A stretch of DNA of 62,947 nucleotides, the filler included, from Octopus bimaculoides (Eukaryota), in NCBI RefSeq assembly GCF_001194135.2. It is 8 parts of 8 records of this genome, joined end to end, with 100 filler letters (N's around TTAATTAATTAA, not from the genome) between each part and the next. Parts side by side here need not be neighbours in the genome. Positions count along the whole stretch, not along the records: positions 23,655 to 27,814 come from NC_068986.1; positions 27,915 to 40,062 come from NC_068997.1; 6 more parts are not named here. One strand, given 5' to 3'. This document shows positions 24,616-36,444 of the stretch, piece after piece. Position numbers and translations under genes: made by a program. The notes below the pieces were generated by a model. It ran no database searches, was not told the origin of the DNA, and saw only the letters and a program-made list of their open reading frames with translations. The first letter of the stretch is position 1. Every line of letters begins with the position of its first letter.

Positions 24616-25012
24616 ACTCTTTGAGAAATAACAATCCATTTTAGACATAGTTGAAACTTTCTTTTAATAGCAACTAATTAACATATATTAGCATATGTAA
24701 ACGTATATACTTAACACGAAAGAGCAGTAAACAATATAAGCAAACAATTTACATACAATTAGAGCAGTAGGAAAATGCAAGATTCAACACTTATTTGTAT
24801 CTTTTGAAAAGAACTACTATAATATACGATTTACACCATAGTAAATACGGCGCCAGAAAAAAAAAAAAAAATACAACTAACTTGTGCCTCCTTTTGATTT
24901 TCGAATCACGTGATTATGTTGTTTCAAGGTTAATGTTGAGAAGACAAACAGGTATCTGCAGAGAAGCAACCTTCTGATCTTTATTCCACACACTCGCGCG
25001 CGCGCACACACA

Positions 25013-25046
<34 letters not shown>

Positions 25047-25129
25047 GCACGTCTGCACACACATCTATATACACATGAAGATATACAGATACGTATGTGT
25101 GTGTGTGTGTGTGAAATCAGGAACGAATG

Positions 25130-25512
25130 CTCAGGCGTGACTGCGTGGTAAGAAGCTTGGTTCGGGGTTCAATCCCTTTACATGGCACTTTGAGCAAATG
25201 TCATCTACTATAGTCTCTGGCCGACCAAAGCCTTGTGAGTGGATTTGGTTAACGGAAACTGAAAGAAGCTCGTCGTGTATATGTGTGTGTATGTATGTGT
25301 GTTTGTATCTGTGTTTGTCCCCACTACCACAACTTGACAACTGGTGTTGGTATGTTTATGTCCTCGTAACTTAGTGGTTCGGCAAAAGAGACCGATAAAA
25401 TAAGTAGAAGGCTTTAAAAAACAAGCAAGTACTGGAGTGGGGTCGATTTATTGGTCTATAAATTCTTCCAGGCGGTGCCCCAGCATGGCTGCGGTCTAAT
25501 GACTGATACAAC
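25130..25512 (+). mobile_element. SINE family A
   Basis: Head ggcgtgactgcgtggtaagaagc...ggttcaatccc, then family body and tail. Confidence 0.85.
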
Positions 25513-26719
25513 TANNNNNNNNNNNNNNNNNNNNNNNNNNNNNNNNNNNNNNNNNNNNNNNNNNNNNNNNNNNNNNNNNNNNNNNNNNNNNNNNNNNNNN
25601 NNNNNNNNNNNNNNNNNNNNNNNNNNNNNNNNNNNNNNNNNNNNNNNNNNNNNNNNNNNNNNNNNNNNNNNNNNNNNNNNNNNNNNNNNNNNNNNNNNNN
25701 NNNNNNNNNNNNNNNNNNNNNNNNNNNNNNNNNNNNNNNNNNNNNNNNNNNNNNNNNNNNNNNNNNNNNNNNNNNNNNNNNNNNNNNNNNNNNNNNNNNN
25801 NNNNNNNNNNNNNNNNNNNNNNNNNNNNNNNNNNNNNNNNNNNNNNNNNNNNNNNNNNNNNNNNNNNNNNNNNNNNNNNNNNNNNNNNNNNNNNNNNNNN
25901 NNNNNNNNNNNNNNNNNNNNNNNNNNNNNNNNNNNNNNNNNNNNNNNNNNNNNNNNNNNNNNNNNNNNNNNNNNNNNNNNNNNNNNNNNNNNNNNNNNNN
26001 NNNNNNNNNNNNNNNNNNNNNNNNNNNNNNNNNNNNNNNNNNNNNNNNNNNNNNNNNNNNNNNNNNNNNNNNNNNNNNNNNNNNNNNNNNNNNNNNNNNN
26101 NNNNNNNNNNNNNNNNNNNNNNNNNNNNNNNNNNNNNNNNNNNNNNNNNNNNNNNNNNNNNNNNNNNNNNNNNNNNNNNNNNNNNNNNNNNNNNNNNNNN
26201 NNNNNNNNNNNNNNNNNNNNNNNNNNNNNNNNNNNNNNNNNNNNNNNNNNNNNNNNNNNNNNNNNNNNNNNNNNNNNNNNNNNNNNNNNNNNNNNNNNNN
26301 NNNNNNNNNNNNNNNNNNNNNNNNNNNNNNNNNNNNNATTCGCGTTTGGCCGTACGGCTTTTTTATGTTGTTTTCACTGTCGAATTTTTCCTGTCTTGGT
26401 TTATGTTTGCCACCTTGGAATCCTCTGTTTAGTGGGTTGATCCACTACTCAGGAAGAAACTATTCTAGAGTACGTTCTGCCTTATCTTCGAAACGTCTAG
26501 TCAGAATAGAAGCAGCTGATGAATAATTCCAAGTGGCTTTCTGTTTTCCTATGTGTTCGTTCCGTTGTCTGTAGTTCATTGTTCTAACGTCCTGTACCCT
26601 GATATGCATCTGTAGTGAAACTAACACCTCGATCGCCATTGTATACAAAGAAGCCATCTCCTCTCGCTGTTATAAATATATTCAAGTTCGGGCGTAGTAG
26701 AAAACATCTTTCCCTGTCA

Positions 26720-26900
26720 TCACGTGACTGATTATTATTTGAAGCGGCAACTGCTTCGAATCGTTCCCGCCAGAACGCAAACTGACCAATCACGGCCCCT
26801 AATAAGGTCACGTGATAGAGTATTTTTCTGATGCCTTTGGGAGCCTACCATCAACTATAAATAGCCTAAATTCAGCGGCAAAATTTGTCTCGGTTCAGTT
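26720..26900 (+). promoter_or_regulatory. Pol II promoter candidate: two TCACGTGA E-boxes, CCAAT box, TATA box
   Basis: TCACGTGAC at 26720-26728, GACCAATCA at 26784-26792, GGTCACGTGAT at 26806-26816, TATAAATA at 26856-26863, Inr-like TCAGTT at 26895-26900. CpG is locally undepleted and the sequence is unique. Confidence 0.55.
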
Positions 26901-27338
26901 CTCTTAGGGACCTGTTTCGTGTACCACAGCAGCAGCAGCAGCAGCAGCAGCCAGCGACAACAGGCACAGCTTCGTTCAACTACAACAAGCACAGCAGCAA
27001 CACGACTCTACGACTACTATCAGCATCATCGCCACCAGCGTCAACACCACTTCAACTACGAACTACAAGATTCGCCACCGACGTCGCCAATATCATCAAC
27101 ATGATTTCTACGTACACCAGCAACCAAACTACCGCGGCACATCTCTCTTCGATTCTGTTTGGTGATTCATCTTCACCACGAAATAATAGACAAGAGCCCA
27201 GCCTGCGATAAACATCTGTATAACAAGAACCCGGCCCGGCATGGAAGCCACAACATCACAACTAGTGATCGCCCTGCCATACACACGCCTCAACGTCTTA
27301 CACATACAGACTCTTCCTGTTGTGTACTCAACAAACTG
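26885..27338 (+). other. Putative first exon or leader with (CAG)n; possible donor G|GTATAA at 27339
   Basis: Lies directly downstream of the TATA box, with (CAG)8 near 26927-26950, several short ORFs and a Kozak-like GGCATGG at 27238-27244. The product is not recognised. Confidence 0.35.
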
Positions 27339-28153
27339 GTATAAATGCTCACACGTGTTACTGACTCTTTTTATCTGCTGTATATAACGCATACACATAC
27401 ATGTATCACTCACACACACTCTTTTCTTTATACGACGGCCTGTCCTTTATTATGTTTTAATATGTCGCATTCACACTCACACACAGACATACATATCAAT
27501 GTCACAATAAATATTTCTGTTATTCATCTCATACGGTTGTCTTCTATCGTCTTCATTACTGGTATTTTCTAAATCACTATGTATAACATATTTCTAAATC
27601 ACTAAGTATAACATATTTATATATCATTTGATATAAATTTTGTGTTCGACCGCGTGACGCGTTTAAATAAAAGGAGTCCTGTGGTTTTCCATTCGTCACC
27701 ATTTCTCCTTTTTGGGTTCGCACGGTCGTTCTTACACATCTATATACACATGTAAATGTAAGTATATACATATATGTGTGTATACATGCATATATATATA
27801 TATATATATATATANNNNNNNNNNNNNNNNNNNNNNNNNNNNNNNNNNNNNNNNNNNNTTAATTAATTAANNNNNNNNNNNNNNNNNNNNNNNNNNNNNN
27901 NNNNNNNNNNNNNNATAAAAGTAAAAGAATATGTATATATTTTTGTTTTGGAGCACCGCCTTAAAGAGTGTTAGTCGAGCATATCGACCCCAGGACTTAT
28001 TCTTTGTAAGCCTAGTATTTATTTTATCGGTCTATTTTGCCGAACCGCTAAGTAACGGGGACATAAACACACCAGCGTCGGTTGTCAAGCACGACTAGCT
28101 GATGTATTATTTCTAATTTTTGTAATCAGTGAATGTGTTTCACTGAAATAGTA

Positions 28154-28292
28154 TATGTTTGCGAGAGTTTGACAAACTTTTTCAACCAGCTGGTCGTGCT
28201 ACTTCAGGCTGATGACGAGCAAAGACTCAGAAACATGTCTCTGAATGCAGGCTAGGCTGGGTGGAGGAGTTTGTCTCCCCCTCGCAAACATA
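28154..28292 (+). ncRNA. Minimal type-I hammerhead ribozyme on a long extended helix I
   Basis: Stem I TTCAGG/TCTGAA, core CTGATGA 28209-28215, stem II GAG/CTC, GAAA 28230-28233, palindromic ACATGT as stem III, GUC site with cleavage after 28239. 28154-28208 pairs with 28240-28292. Confidence 0.8.
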
Positions 28293-28769
28293 AGGACACA
28301 GGAAATGTGTCAAGGTCGACAGGAAGCGGTCAGCTTCCTAGGGCTAAATAGCAGTAGTATATTCCCTTATTGGGACTGTCTCGTTAAGTTGGCAGTATAC
28401 AAATATTCAATTCTGTTTTACAAGTATTCTTTAATACAAGAAGCATATTTTCTTCTCTTTCTTTTCTCACGTTAATATTCTTCTTTCTTTTTCTTTCTAT
28501 TCTGGTAAATCTAAGTCTCTTCTTTTTTGTTCGTGTATTCATTTATTCTCCACATTAACAGCAAATTTAAATTTATACATCCACCCACGCAACACATTAA
28601 TTCACTATCCTGAATTATTTAAAATCATAATTATATATTTATTTGTTTATTCATCTGTGGAAATCCTGGTCGAATATTCTGTAAAGAGTCATAATTCTAA
28701 AAACAAACTATTTAATCCCTTCTAATCCCCAACACTACTTAACAGAACCAAACAGACATACTCTTTTTT

Positions 28770-28990
28770 ACTCTTTTACTCTTCTACTTGTTTCAGTCAT
28801 TTGACTGCGGCCATGCTGGAGCACCGCCTTTAGTCGAGCAAATAGACCCCAGGACATATTCTTTGTAAGCCTAGTACTTATTCTATCGGTCTCTTTTGCC
28901 GAACCGCTAAGTTACGGGGACGTAAACACACCAACATCGGTTGTCAAGCGATGGTGGGGGTACAAACACAGACACACAAACACACATATA
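28770..28990 (-). mobile_element. SINE family A, 3' part
   Basis: cagtcatttgactgcggccatgctggagcaccgcc...gttgtcaagcgatgg. A similar fragment lies at 27950-28090. Confidence 0.85.
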
Positions 28991-29287
28991 TATATAGATA
29001 TATACAGCTTAGCGAAGAAAATAAAAATTAAATACTGGGGTCGATTCATTCGACTAAAGATTCAAGGCGGTGCCCCAGCATGGCCGCAATCTAATGACTG
29101 AGACAAGTAAAATTAATAAGATATTGACAAATAATGAAGTAGGATTGAACCCAGAGCAAGTATTATTTATATTGGCATAATAACACTCCCTAGAAACAGC
29201 AAAATTTGTTTCAATACACGAATTCACATAAAGAACCTTGCAAACTTAATGCAAAAACGAAATATTCGTAATAGTCATTTTATTTAC

Positions 29288-29495
29288 CTGCAACGGGCAC
29301 ATACTCGTTCTCTTCTGCGTGTTCACGAAGTGCCTCGATGGCTTCCTCCATTACGGGGAATGGCGACTGTCCAAAACCAAAAGCGTGAACTGACTTGCCA
29401 GCCTTTATCTGCTTTTTTATGTTTTGGTTTAGAATGACATTAGCTGCCATTCCAAAGTCCTGCAAGTGAGAACGGACCAATTCTACCTTGGACAT
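29288..29495 (-). CDS. First coding exon of a class I/II PLP-dependent aminotransferase (aspartate aminotransferase-like)
   Basis: Encodes MSKVELVRSHLQDFGMAANVILNQNIKKQIKAGKSVHAFGFGQSPFPVMEEAIEALREHAEENEYVPVAG, with family N-terminal motifs G(F)GQSPFP and Y.P..G. Acceptor (pyrimidine tract + CAG) at 29514 lies 18 nt before the ATG, and the phase-1 donor CAG|GTAAAT is at 29287. Confidence 0.85.
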
Positions 29496-29619
29496 TTTGG
29501 CTCGGCTATGGATCTGTTGAAAAAAAGAAAAGAAAAGGAATGTTTAGAAGAGGGACACGGTAAACAACAACAATAACAATAAAGAATAAATCGAAGGATC
29601 GATATTACGACAGGAGTTA

Positions 29620-29850
29620 GAGCGGCGAGCTGGCAGAAACGTTAGCACGCCGGGCGAAATGCTTGGCGGTATTTCGTCTGCCGTAACGTTCTGAGATCAA
29701 ATTCCGCCGAGGTCGACTTTGCCTCTCATCTTTTCGGGGTCGATAAATTAAGTACCAGTTGTTACGTACTGGGGTTGTTGTAATTGACTTAATCCCTTTG
29801 TCTGTCCTTGTTTGTCCCCTCTATGTTTAGCCCCCTGTGAGCAATAATGT
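29620..29850 (+). mobile_element. SINE family B, near-consensus copy
   Basis: gcggcgagctggcagaaacgttagcacgccgggcgaaatgc...ccgccgaggtcgactttgcc. A similar copy lies at 41713-41890. Confidence 0.9.
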
Positions 29851-30648
29851 ATCAAGAAGCTAACCCGGATTCAGTCCCACTGCATGGCACCTTGGGCAAT
29901 TGTCTTCTACCATAGACTCGGGTCGTCCAAAGCATTGTGAGNNNNNNNNNNNNNNNNNNNNNNNNNNNNNNNNNNNNNNNNNNNNNNNNNNNNNNNNNNN
30001 NNNNNNNNNNNNNNNNNNNNNNNNNNNNNNNNNNNNNNNNNNNNNNNNNNNNNNNNNNNNNNNNNNNNNNNNNNNNNNNNNNNNNNNNNNNNNNNNNNNN
30101 NNNNNNNNNNNNNNNNNNNNNNNNNNNNNNNNNNNNNNNNNNNNNNNNNNNNNNNNNNNNNNNNNNNNNNNNNNNNNNNNNNNNNNNNNNNNNNNNNNNN
30201 NNNNNNNNNNNNNNNNNNNNNNNNNNNNNNNNNNNNNNNNNNNNNNNNNNNNNNNNNNNNNNNNNNNNNNNNNNNNNNNNNNNNNNNNNNNNNNNNNNNN
30301 NNNNNNNNNNNNNNNNNNNNNNNNNNNNNNNNNNNNNNNNNNNNNNNNNNNNNNNNNNNNNNNNNNNNNNNNNNNNNNNNNNNNNNNNNNNNNNNNNNNN
30401 NNNNNNNNNNNNNNNNNNNNNNNNNNNNNNNNNNNNNNNNNNNNNNNNNNNNNNNNNNNNNNNNNNNNNNNNNNNNNNNNNNNNNNNNNNNNNNNNNNNN
30501 NNNNNNNNNNNNNNNNNNNNNNNNNNNNNNNNNNNNNNNNNNNNNNNNNNNNNNNNNNNNNNNNNNNNNNNNNNNNNNNNNNNNNNNNNNNNNNNNNNGT
30601 CCCTTCTAATTAAATAAATATTAAATTTACTTCAACGATTAAATGAAA

Positions 30649-30784
30649 TAAGGCGGTGAGCTAGCAGAATCGTTAGCTCGCCGGACAAAATACTTAGCGG
30701 CATGTCTTCGGTCTTTATGTTCTGAGTTCATACTCCAAAGCATTTTGTCCGGTGTGCTAACGATTCTTCCAGCTCACCGCCTTA
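30649..30784. repeat. Palindrome of two family B SINE heads (47-bp arms)
   Basis: taaggcggtgagctagcagaatcgttagc (30649 onward) pairs with gctaacgattcttccagctcaccgcctta (ending 30784). Confidence 0.85.
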
Positions 30785-30811
30785 CACTGTGCCTATATTA
30801 AAAACAATTAT

Positions 30812-31122
30812 GTGAAGGCGCGTGGCTTAGTGGTTACGGTATTCGGCTCACAAACGTAAGTTCGTGAGTTCAATTCCCGGCGACGCGTTGTGTCCTCGAG
30901 CAAGACACTTTATTTTACGTTGCCCCAGTTCACTCAGCTAGCAAAATGAGTTGTACCTATAATTCAAAAGAGCCATCCTTTTCACATTCTGTGTTACACT
31001 GAATCTTCCGGAGAACTACGTTAAAGATACACGTGTCTGTGGAATACTCAGCCACTTGCACGTTAATTCCACGGATCGGACCAACTTGAACACCCATCGT
31101 CGTAACCGACGGAGTGCAGTTA
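30812..31122 (+). mobile_element. tRNA-derived SINE, family E-related (others at 42584-42835 + and 39500-39798 -)
   Basis: Head gtgaaggcgcgtggcttagtggttacgg...gagttcaattcccgg; the 3' body is shared with 19805 and 24238. Confidence 0.8.
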
Positions 31123-31569
31123 TTGGAAACAATTACGTAAACAATAAATGCTATAATATTCTAATTCAGTATAAGATATGAATAATTAAATACGTGGAGA
31201 AATAGTCATATTGACATTCTTTTCTGTTCTCGATTTATGCAGAATCCATTTCTTTTGTTGACGAGGCCGACATGTTGCTTCAGTTAACAGCCAATCGCCG
31301 TTGAGCGGATCCCAAACGACTCGTTTCCATTCACAACGAGGCTGGTGATATGAGGCGCGGTTTGAACTCAGACCCCAAGGAGCCGGAACAAATATCGGAA
31401 GGCAAGCCGTCCGACGCTCCAACCATGCCATTAACCTCCCCATCCCACGCCCCAACCGTCATAAACTGGTATTTTATTGATTGACTCTGAAAGGATGAAA
31501 GGCAAAATTGATCTCAGCTGGATTTGAACTCAGAGTGTAGAAATCCGGAGCAAACACCGCAAAGCACCT

Positions 31570-33408
31570 ATTGTTTTGTCTTGTTTTGTCGTTTATCATA
31601 TCTTCGAAGCCGTTGGGCTTTCAGTTGTATTCGTTGTTTCAATTGTTCCTTGGTTGCAGGGAGGTTTATAAAATCTTTGATTTTTATGGTTTTTGCTTGA
31701 TTTTTCCTTGCTTGTTTCGTCTTAATATTTACTCCTAGCAAGTTCATCGAGAACTGTTACATCCGCCCGCAGTGATTCGATCTCTATTTGTATTGCTACT
31801 TTCCACTTAGGAAGTCTATGGACATGGTTGGGCCTTTTCCGTGTCATCCTGATACCTAGTTGAGCAGTTACAACTTTAGCAGTGGAACAAATGAGGTTAT
31901 TTAAGGTTGTTAGGTCATTTCCTTTATTTCTTAAGAACTGCCTAAGAGCAACATTATATATCATGATTATGCTACTTTTTATGCTGTTTGAGAACTTTGG
32001 TAGCGGTTCTCTATTGATCATGTCAGTAAACTTAGTCTTGCTGAGTTCTCTCACAATATCTTCTTTTACTTCTATGATCTTCTCTTTATTATTCATCTCA
32101 AATTCTGTGTCATACCTATTTTAGTGTTCTTGGGGTAGGCTTACTTTCTCCTCTTCTTCTGTTCTTTGCTATTCTTTCTTCAGCTTCCTCGTTGGTATAT
32201 ACTGCTCTTACACTGGGTTCTGTGCATCTGTTACCTATTTCATCTGCATTATTGCTGTTTTCATTTGGTCTACCATGAGATATTTGTGCCCTAATCTGGC
32301 TAATGTCAGTTAACCTTTTATTCTTAATGATGTCTCTGCGTACATTACTTAATTCATTTGCGTCTATATATCTGCGTACTTCGTTGCCTACTAAGTTTCT
32401 CCATGAAATGTTTGTACGATGAGGTTATTGTTTTGGGTTTAGTTGGGCTGTATAGGAAGCTTTCAACACATCTCTATAATCATCTCTAGTCCATTTTTAT
32501 GAATTTTGCTTTAGGTGGTGTTTTTGAGACTACAGGTCTAGGGTGAGGGTTATCCTGGTTCTGGTTACCTAGTAGATAGTTTTTTTTTTGCGAGTTTGTT
32601 TCAGTAGCAGACCTTTCGACCCCAGTCTTCTTCCCCACTGGGTAACGCAGTCCTTGTTGTCCCGGACGATGACCGATTCGGCATGAGTTTTGACTTGTCA
32701 TTAAAGCATTGACGGTAACAATAGGAGACGGGTCTGTTTGCTCAGGGTGATTTTTTGACATGACACCGCTTCCTGGTTGTTCGAATGAATATATTTGTCA
32801 TATCGTCGGCTGATAGATCGGAAATCGCCTCGATTTTTTTGGTAGCTATATTTCCGAGCATAACTGTTTAGTGATGTTTTAAACTGAGCGACTAACTTGC
32901 TCCTTTTTATATTCGTTTGTGGGAAGTCGTTTTGTTTTTGTTTGGTTCGGCGTCGTGTTTTTCTTTTCTTTTCTCTGTGTGTACGTGTGTGTCGTGTGGG
33001 CATTATTTATGTTGGTTATAAATATTAACATATTCACACGAATGCATGGATAGTTGCATGTATAGGTAATTATTCAATTTACATACTTACTGTGTGATTG
33101 GTGTGTTTTTCCAGGGTTCCTGGTGCTGGTTTCGACATTTTGCATATGTCACATTGAGATAACACGCATTTAGCAAAGAAGCTACACTTTATATAAAAAA
33201 AAAAATCTTTCCGATTTTTTAGTTCCTTTGCTTTAACAGAACTTTTCCCATAATTGTATTGCGAGGCTTTCCTTCCATTGCACCGATGTTATTGGATTAA
33301 ATTTGTTTAGTGTAGAGAGCTTCTTACTGTACGTCCATGTTGTTATTTAGTCCGGAGCTACTCCTGTTATTTAGTCCGGAGCTACTCCTGTTATTTAGCC
33401 CGGAGCTA
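31570..33408 (-). mobile_element. R4/Dong-like non-LTR retrotransposon, 5' part (5' UTR and broken N-terminal ORF)
   Basis: ORF 31722-32096 includes LTTLNNLICSTAKVVTAQLGI...LPKWKVAIQIEIESLRAD, typical of the R4/Dong N-terminal region. The 5' end carries three 24-bp repeats (33341-33408) and abuts (TTA)n. Confidence 0.65.
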
Positions 33409-33420
33409 TTATCATTATTA

Positions 33421-33483
<63 letters not shown>

Positions 33484-33570
33484 TGTAGAAGTAGTAGTAG
33501 TAGTAGAAGTAGTAGTAGTAGTAGAAGTAGTAGTAGTATACATATGTGTGTGTGTGTGTGTGTGTGTGTT
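33409..33570. repeat. Compound microsatellite (TTA)n(AGT)n(GT)n
   Basis: Read directly from the sequence. Confidence 0.95.
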
Positions 33571-34548
33571 NNNNNNNNNNNNNNNNNNNNNNNNNNNNNN
33601 NNNNNNNNNNNNNNNNNNNNNNNNNNNNNNNNNNNNNNNNNNNNNNNNNNNNNNNNNNNNNNNNNNNNNNNNNNNNNNNNNNNNNNNNNNNNNNNNNNNN
33701 NNNNNNNNNNNNNNNNNNNNNNNNNNNNNNNNNNNNNNNNNNNNNNNNNNNNNNNNNNNNNNNNNNNNNNNNNNNNNNNNNNNNNNNNNNNNNNNNNNNN
33801 NNNNNNNNNNNNNNNNNNNNNNNNNNNNNNNNNNNNNNNNNNNNNNNNNNNNNNNNNNNNNNNNNNNNNNNNNNNNNNNNNNNNNNNNNNNNNNNNNNNN
33901 NNNNNNNNNNNNNNNNNNNNNNNNNNNNNNNNNNNNNNNNNNNNNNNNNNNNNNNNNNNNNNNNNNNNNNNNNNNNNNNNNNNNNNNNNNNNNNNNNNNN
34001 NNNNNNNNNNNNNNNNNNNNNNNNNNNNNNNNNNNNNNNNNNNNNNNNNNNNNNNNNNNNNNNNNNNNNNNNNNNNNNNNNNNNNNNNNNNNNNNNNNNN
34101 NNNNNNNNNNNNNNNNNNNNNNNNNNNNNNNNNNNNNNNNNNNNNNNNNNNNNNNNNNNNNNNNNNNNNNNNNNNNNNNNNNNNNNNNNNNNNNNNNNNN
34201 NNNNNNNNNNNNNNNNNNNNNNNNNNNNNNNNNNNNNNNNNNNNNNNNNNNNNNNNNNNNNNNNNNNNNNNNNNNNNNNNNNNNNNNNNNNNNNNNNNNN
34301 NNNNNNNNNNNNNNNNNNNNNNNNNNNNNNNNNNNNNNNNNNNNNNNNNNNNNNNNNNNNNNNNNNNNNNNNNNNNNNNNNNNNNNNNNNNNNNNNNNNN
34401 NNNNNNNNNNNNNNNNNNNNNNNNNTATTATTGTAGTTTCTCGTTTTGATCAATAAACTCCACCGTTTTATGTGCGTTGTATTTCGAAGCTTTGATCTTG
34501 TGCTCAACGTTCGGGATCATGTGGCTAACAATAGGGAAACCGGCACTC

Positions 34549-34609
<61 letters not shown>

Positions 34610-34760
34610 CATTGTTGTTGTTGTTGTAGTTATTATTATAATGAGTCAGTCAATCAATATAAAATTGACATTTATACTGCACTCAATTACTGTTGCACAT
34701 TTCTCTCATCCCCACCGTCAGTTTACTAGACAGCTGAACATACAAAGAGACAGCCAACTA

Positions 34761-34807
<47 letters not shown>

Positions 34808-34817
34808 NNNNNNNNNN

Positions 34818-34851
<34 letters not shown>

Positions 34852-36021
34852 TATGTATGTGTGTGTGCGTACGTGCGCGCACGTGTCTGTGTCTGTATGT
34901 GTGCGTGTATGTATGAAGATTGTGTACAAATTGCATGTAAGCACAATTGTCTCCTTTATGTCTCCTTTATGTGCTTACATACACTTTGTCGCACACGAAT
35001 AAAAAACACATGAAGACACACGTTCATATATACACACTAATATTCGTAGAAGCATAGTCACTTACAGATGGGTAGACCACATGCAAACATTATGCACATA
35101 CATTACATATGTTCATAGATCGATGCAAATATATACACACAGACAGATACACAATCAAAGTTAAACTTTCTCTTATATTTCGTTCACTCAATACTGCTTG
35201 CATCTGTGAGTATCTATTCACAAACATACCTGCAGATATGTATGGATGTATACAAATATTCATGTATATATATAAATATATATACATGTAAGTGTGTTTG
35301 TTAGTTTGTTTGTTTGTTTGTATGCGCTCTCGCCTGTGTGCGGAGAGAGAATATACATGTAGGTAACCGTTTGTGTTTACAAGCGAAATAAAGGGAATTT
35401 TCTTTAGCAGAAAATGTAGACCTGTGTATTTTTTCTTTTACTAAAATAAAAGGCCCGGAATCATTCCAATGTTTTTAATGTTGCTGCTCTCTTCCCTACT
35501 TAACCATCCCTATCTTTTTTTCCTCCAATGATGGGCTAATATCCAAAACGTTAAGAAATACACTTTTTCCAAAGAAAAGTTAAGCGAATACATTATTTGT
35601 TAAACTTTGTTCTTCCTGTGTTGTTCTTACACTTTACATACATGTGTGTGTGTGTGTGTATGTGTGTTTACATGTATATATATGAATATAGATNNNNNNN
35701 NNNNNNNNNNNNNNNNNNNNNNNNNNNNNNNNNNNNNNNNNNNNNNNNNNNNNNNNNNNNNNNNNNNNNNNNNNNNNNNNNNNNNNNNNNNNNNNNNNNN
35801 NNNNNNNNNNNNNNNNNNNNNNNNNNNNNNNNNNNNNNNNNNNNNNNNNNNNNNNNNNNNNNNNNNNNNNNNNNNNNNNNNNNNNNNNNNNNNNNNNNNN
35901 NNNNNNNNNNNNNNNNNNNNNNNNNNNNNNNNNNNNNNNNNNNNNNNNNNNNNNNNNNNNNNNNNNNNNNNNNNNNNNNNNNNNNNNNNNNNNNNNNNNN
36001 NNNNNNNNNNNNNNNNNNNNN

Positions 36022-36053
<32 letters not shown>

Positions 36054-36444
36054 AGTGGTCAGATCATATGGAGGTCTACATTTAACATATTGGTTGTCCA
36101 CCTAGTGGCCATTCCTCTTATGTGTAATATAATTTTTCTGAATCTTCAGAATTTTAAAATATGCTAGACCACTGGTTTTAAATTGATATTAATCAAATTA
36201 ATATTCATTTTTTTTACCCTTATCATTTAAATATATATGTATATATACACTATGTATATACACACATAAACATATGTATGTGTGTAAGTATGTATATTAT
36301 GTATACATACATATTTACATACACACAGACATATTAATAAAGAGAATATAGACCCACCGTCTATGAACGGAAACGGAACTACCTGTTCATTGTATTGTAA
36401 TATTAGTGGCTGAGTGAACCCTTATCGTAATCCTCAGCTAGAGC

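Noticed and set aside
27105-27338. Frame ending SCCVLNKL at a donor, reminiscent of the end of antizyme ORF1
   Set aside because: There is no in-frame ATG, the similarity covers only a few residues, and no frameshift exon is present in the window. It could be revisited with transcript data.
29288-29495. Bacterial contamination explaining the aminotransferase
   Set aside because: The ORF is bounded by spliceosomal acceptor and donor sites and flanked by host SINEs.
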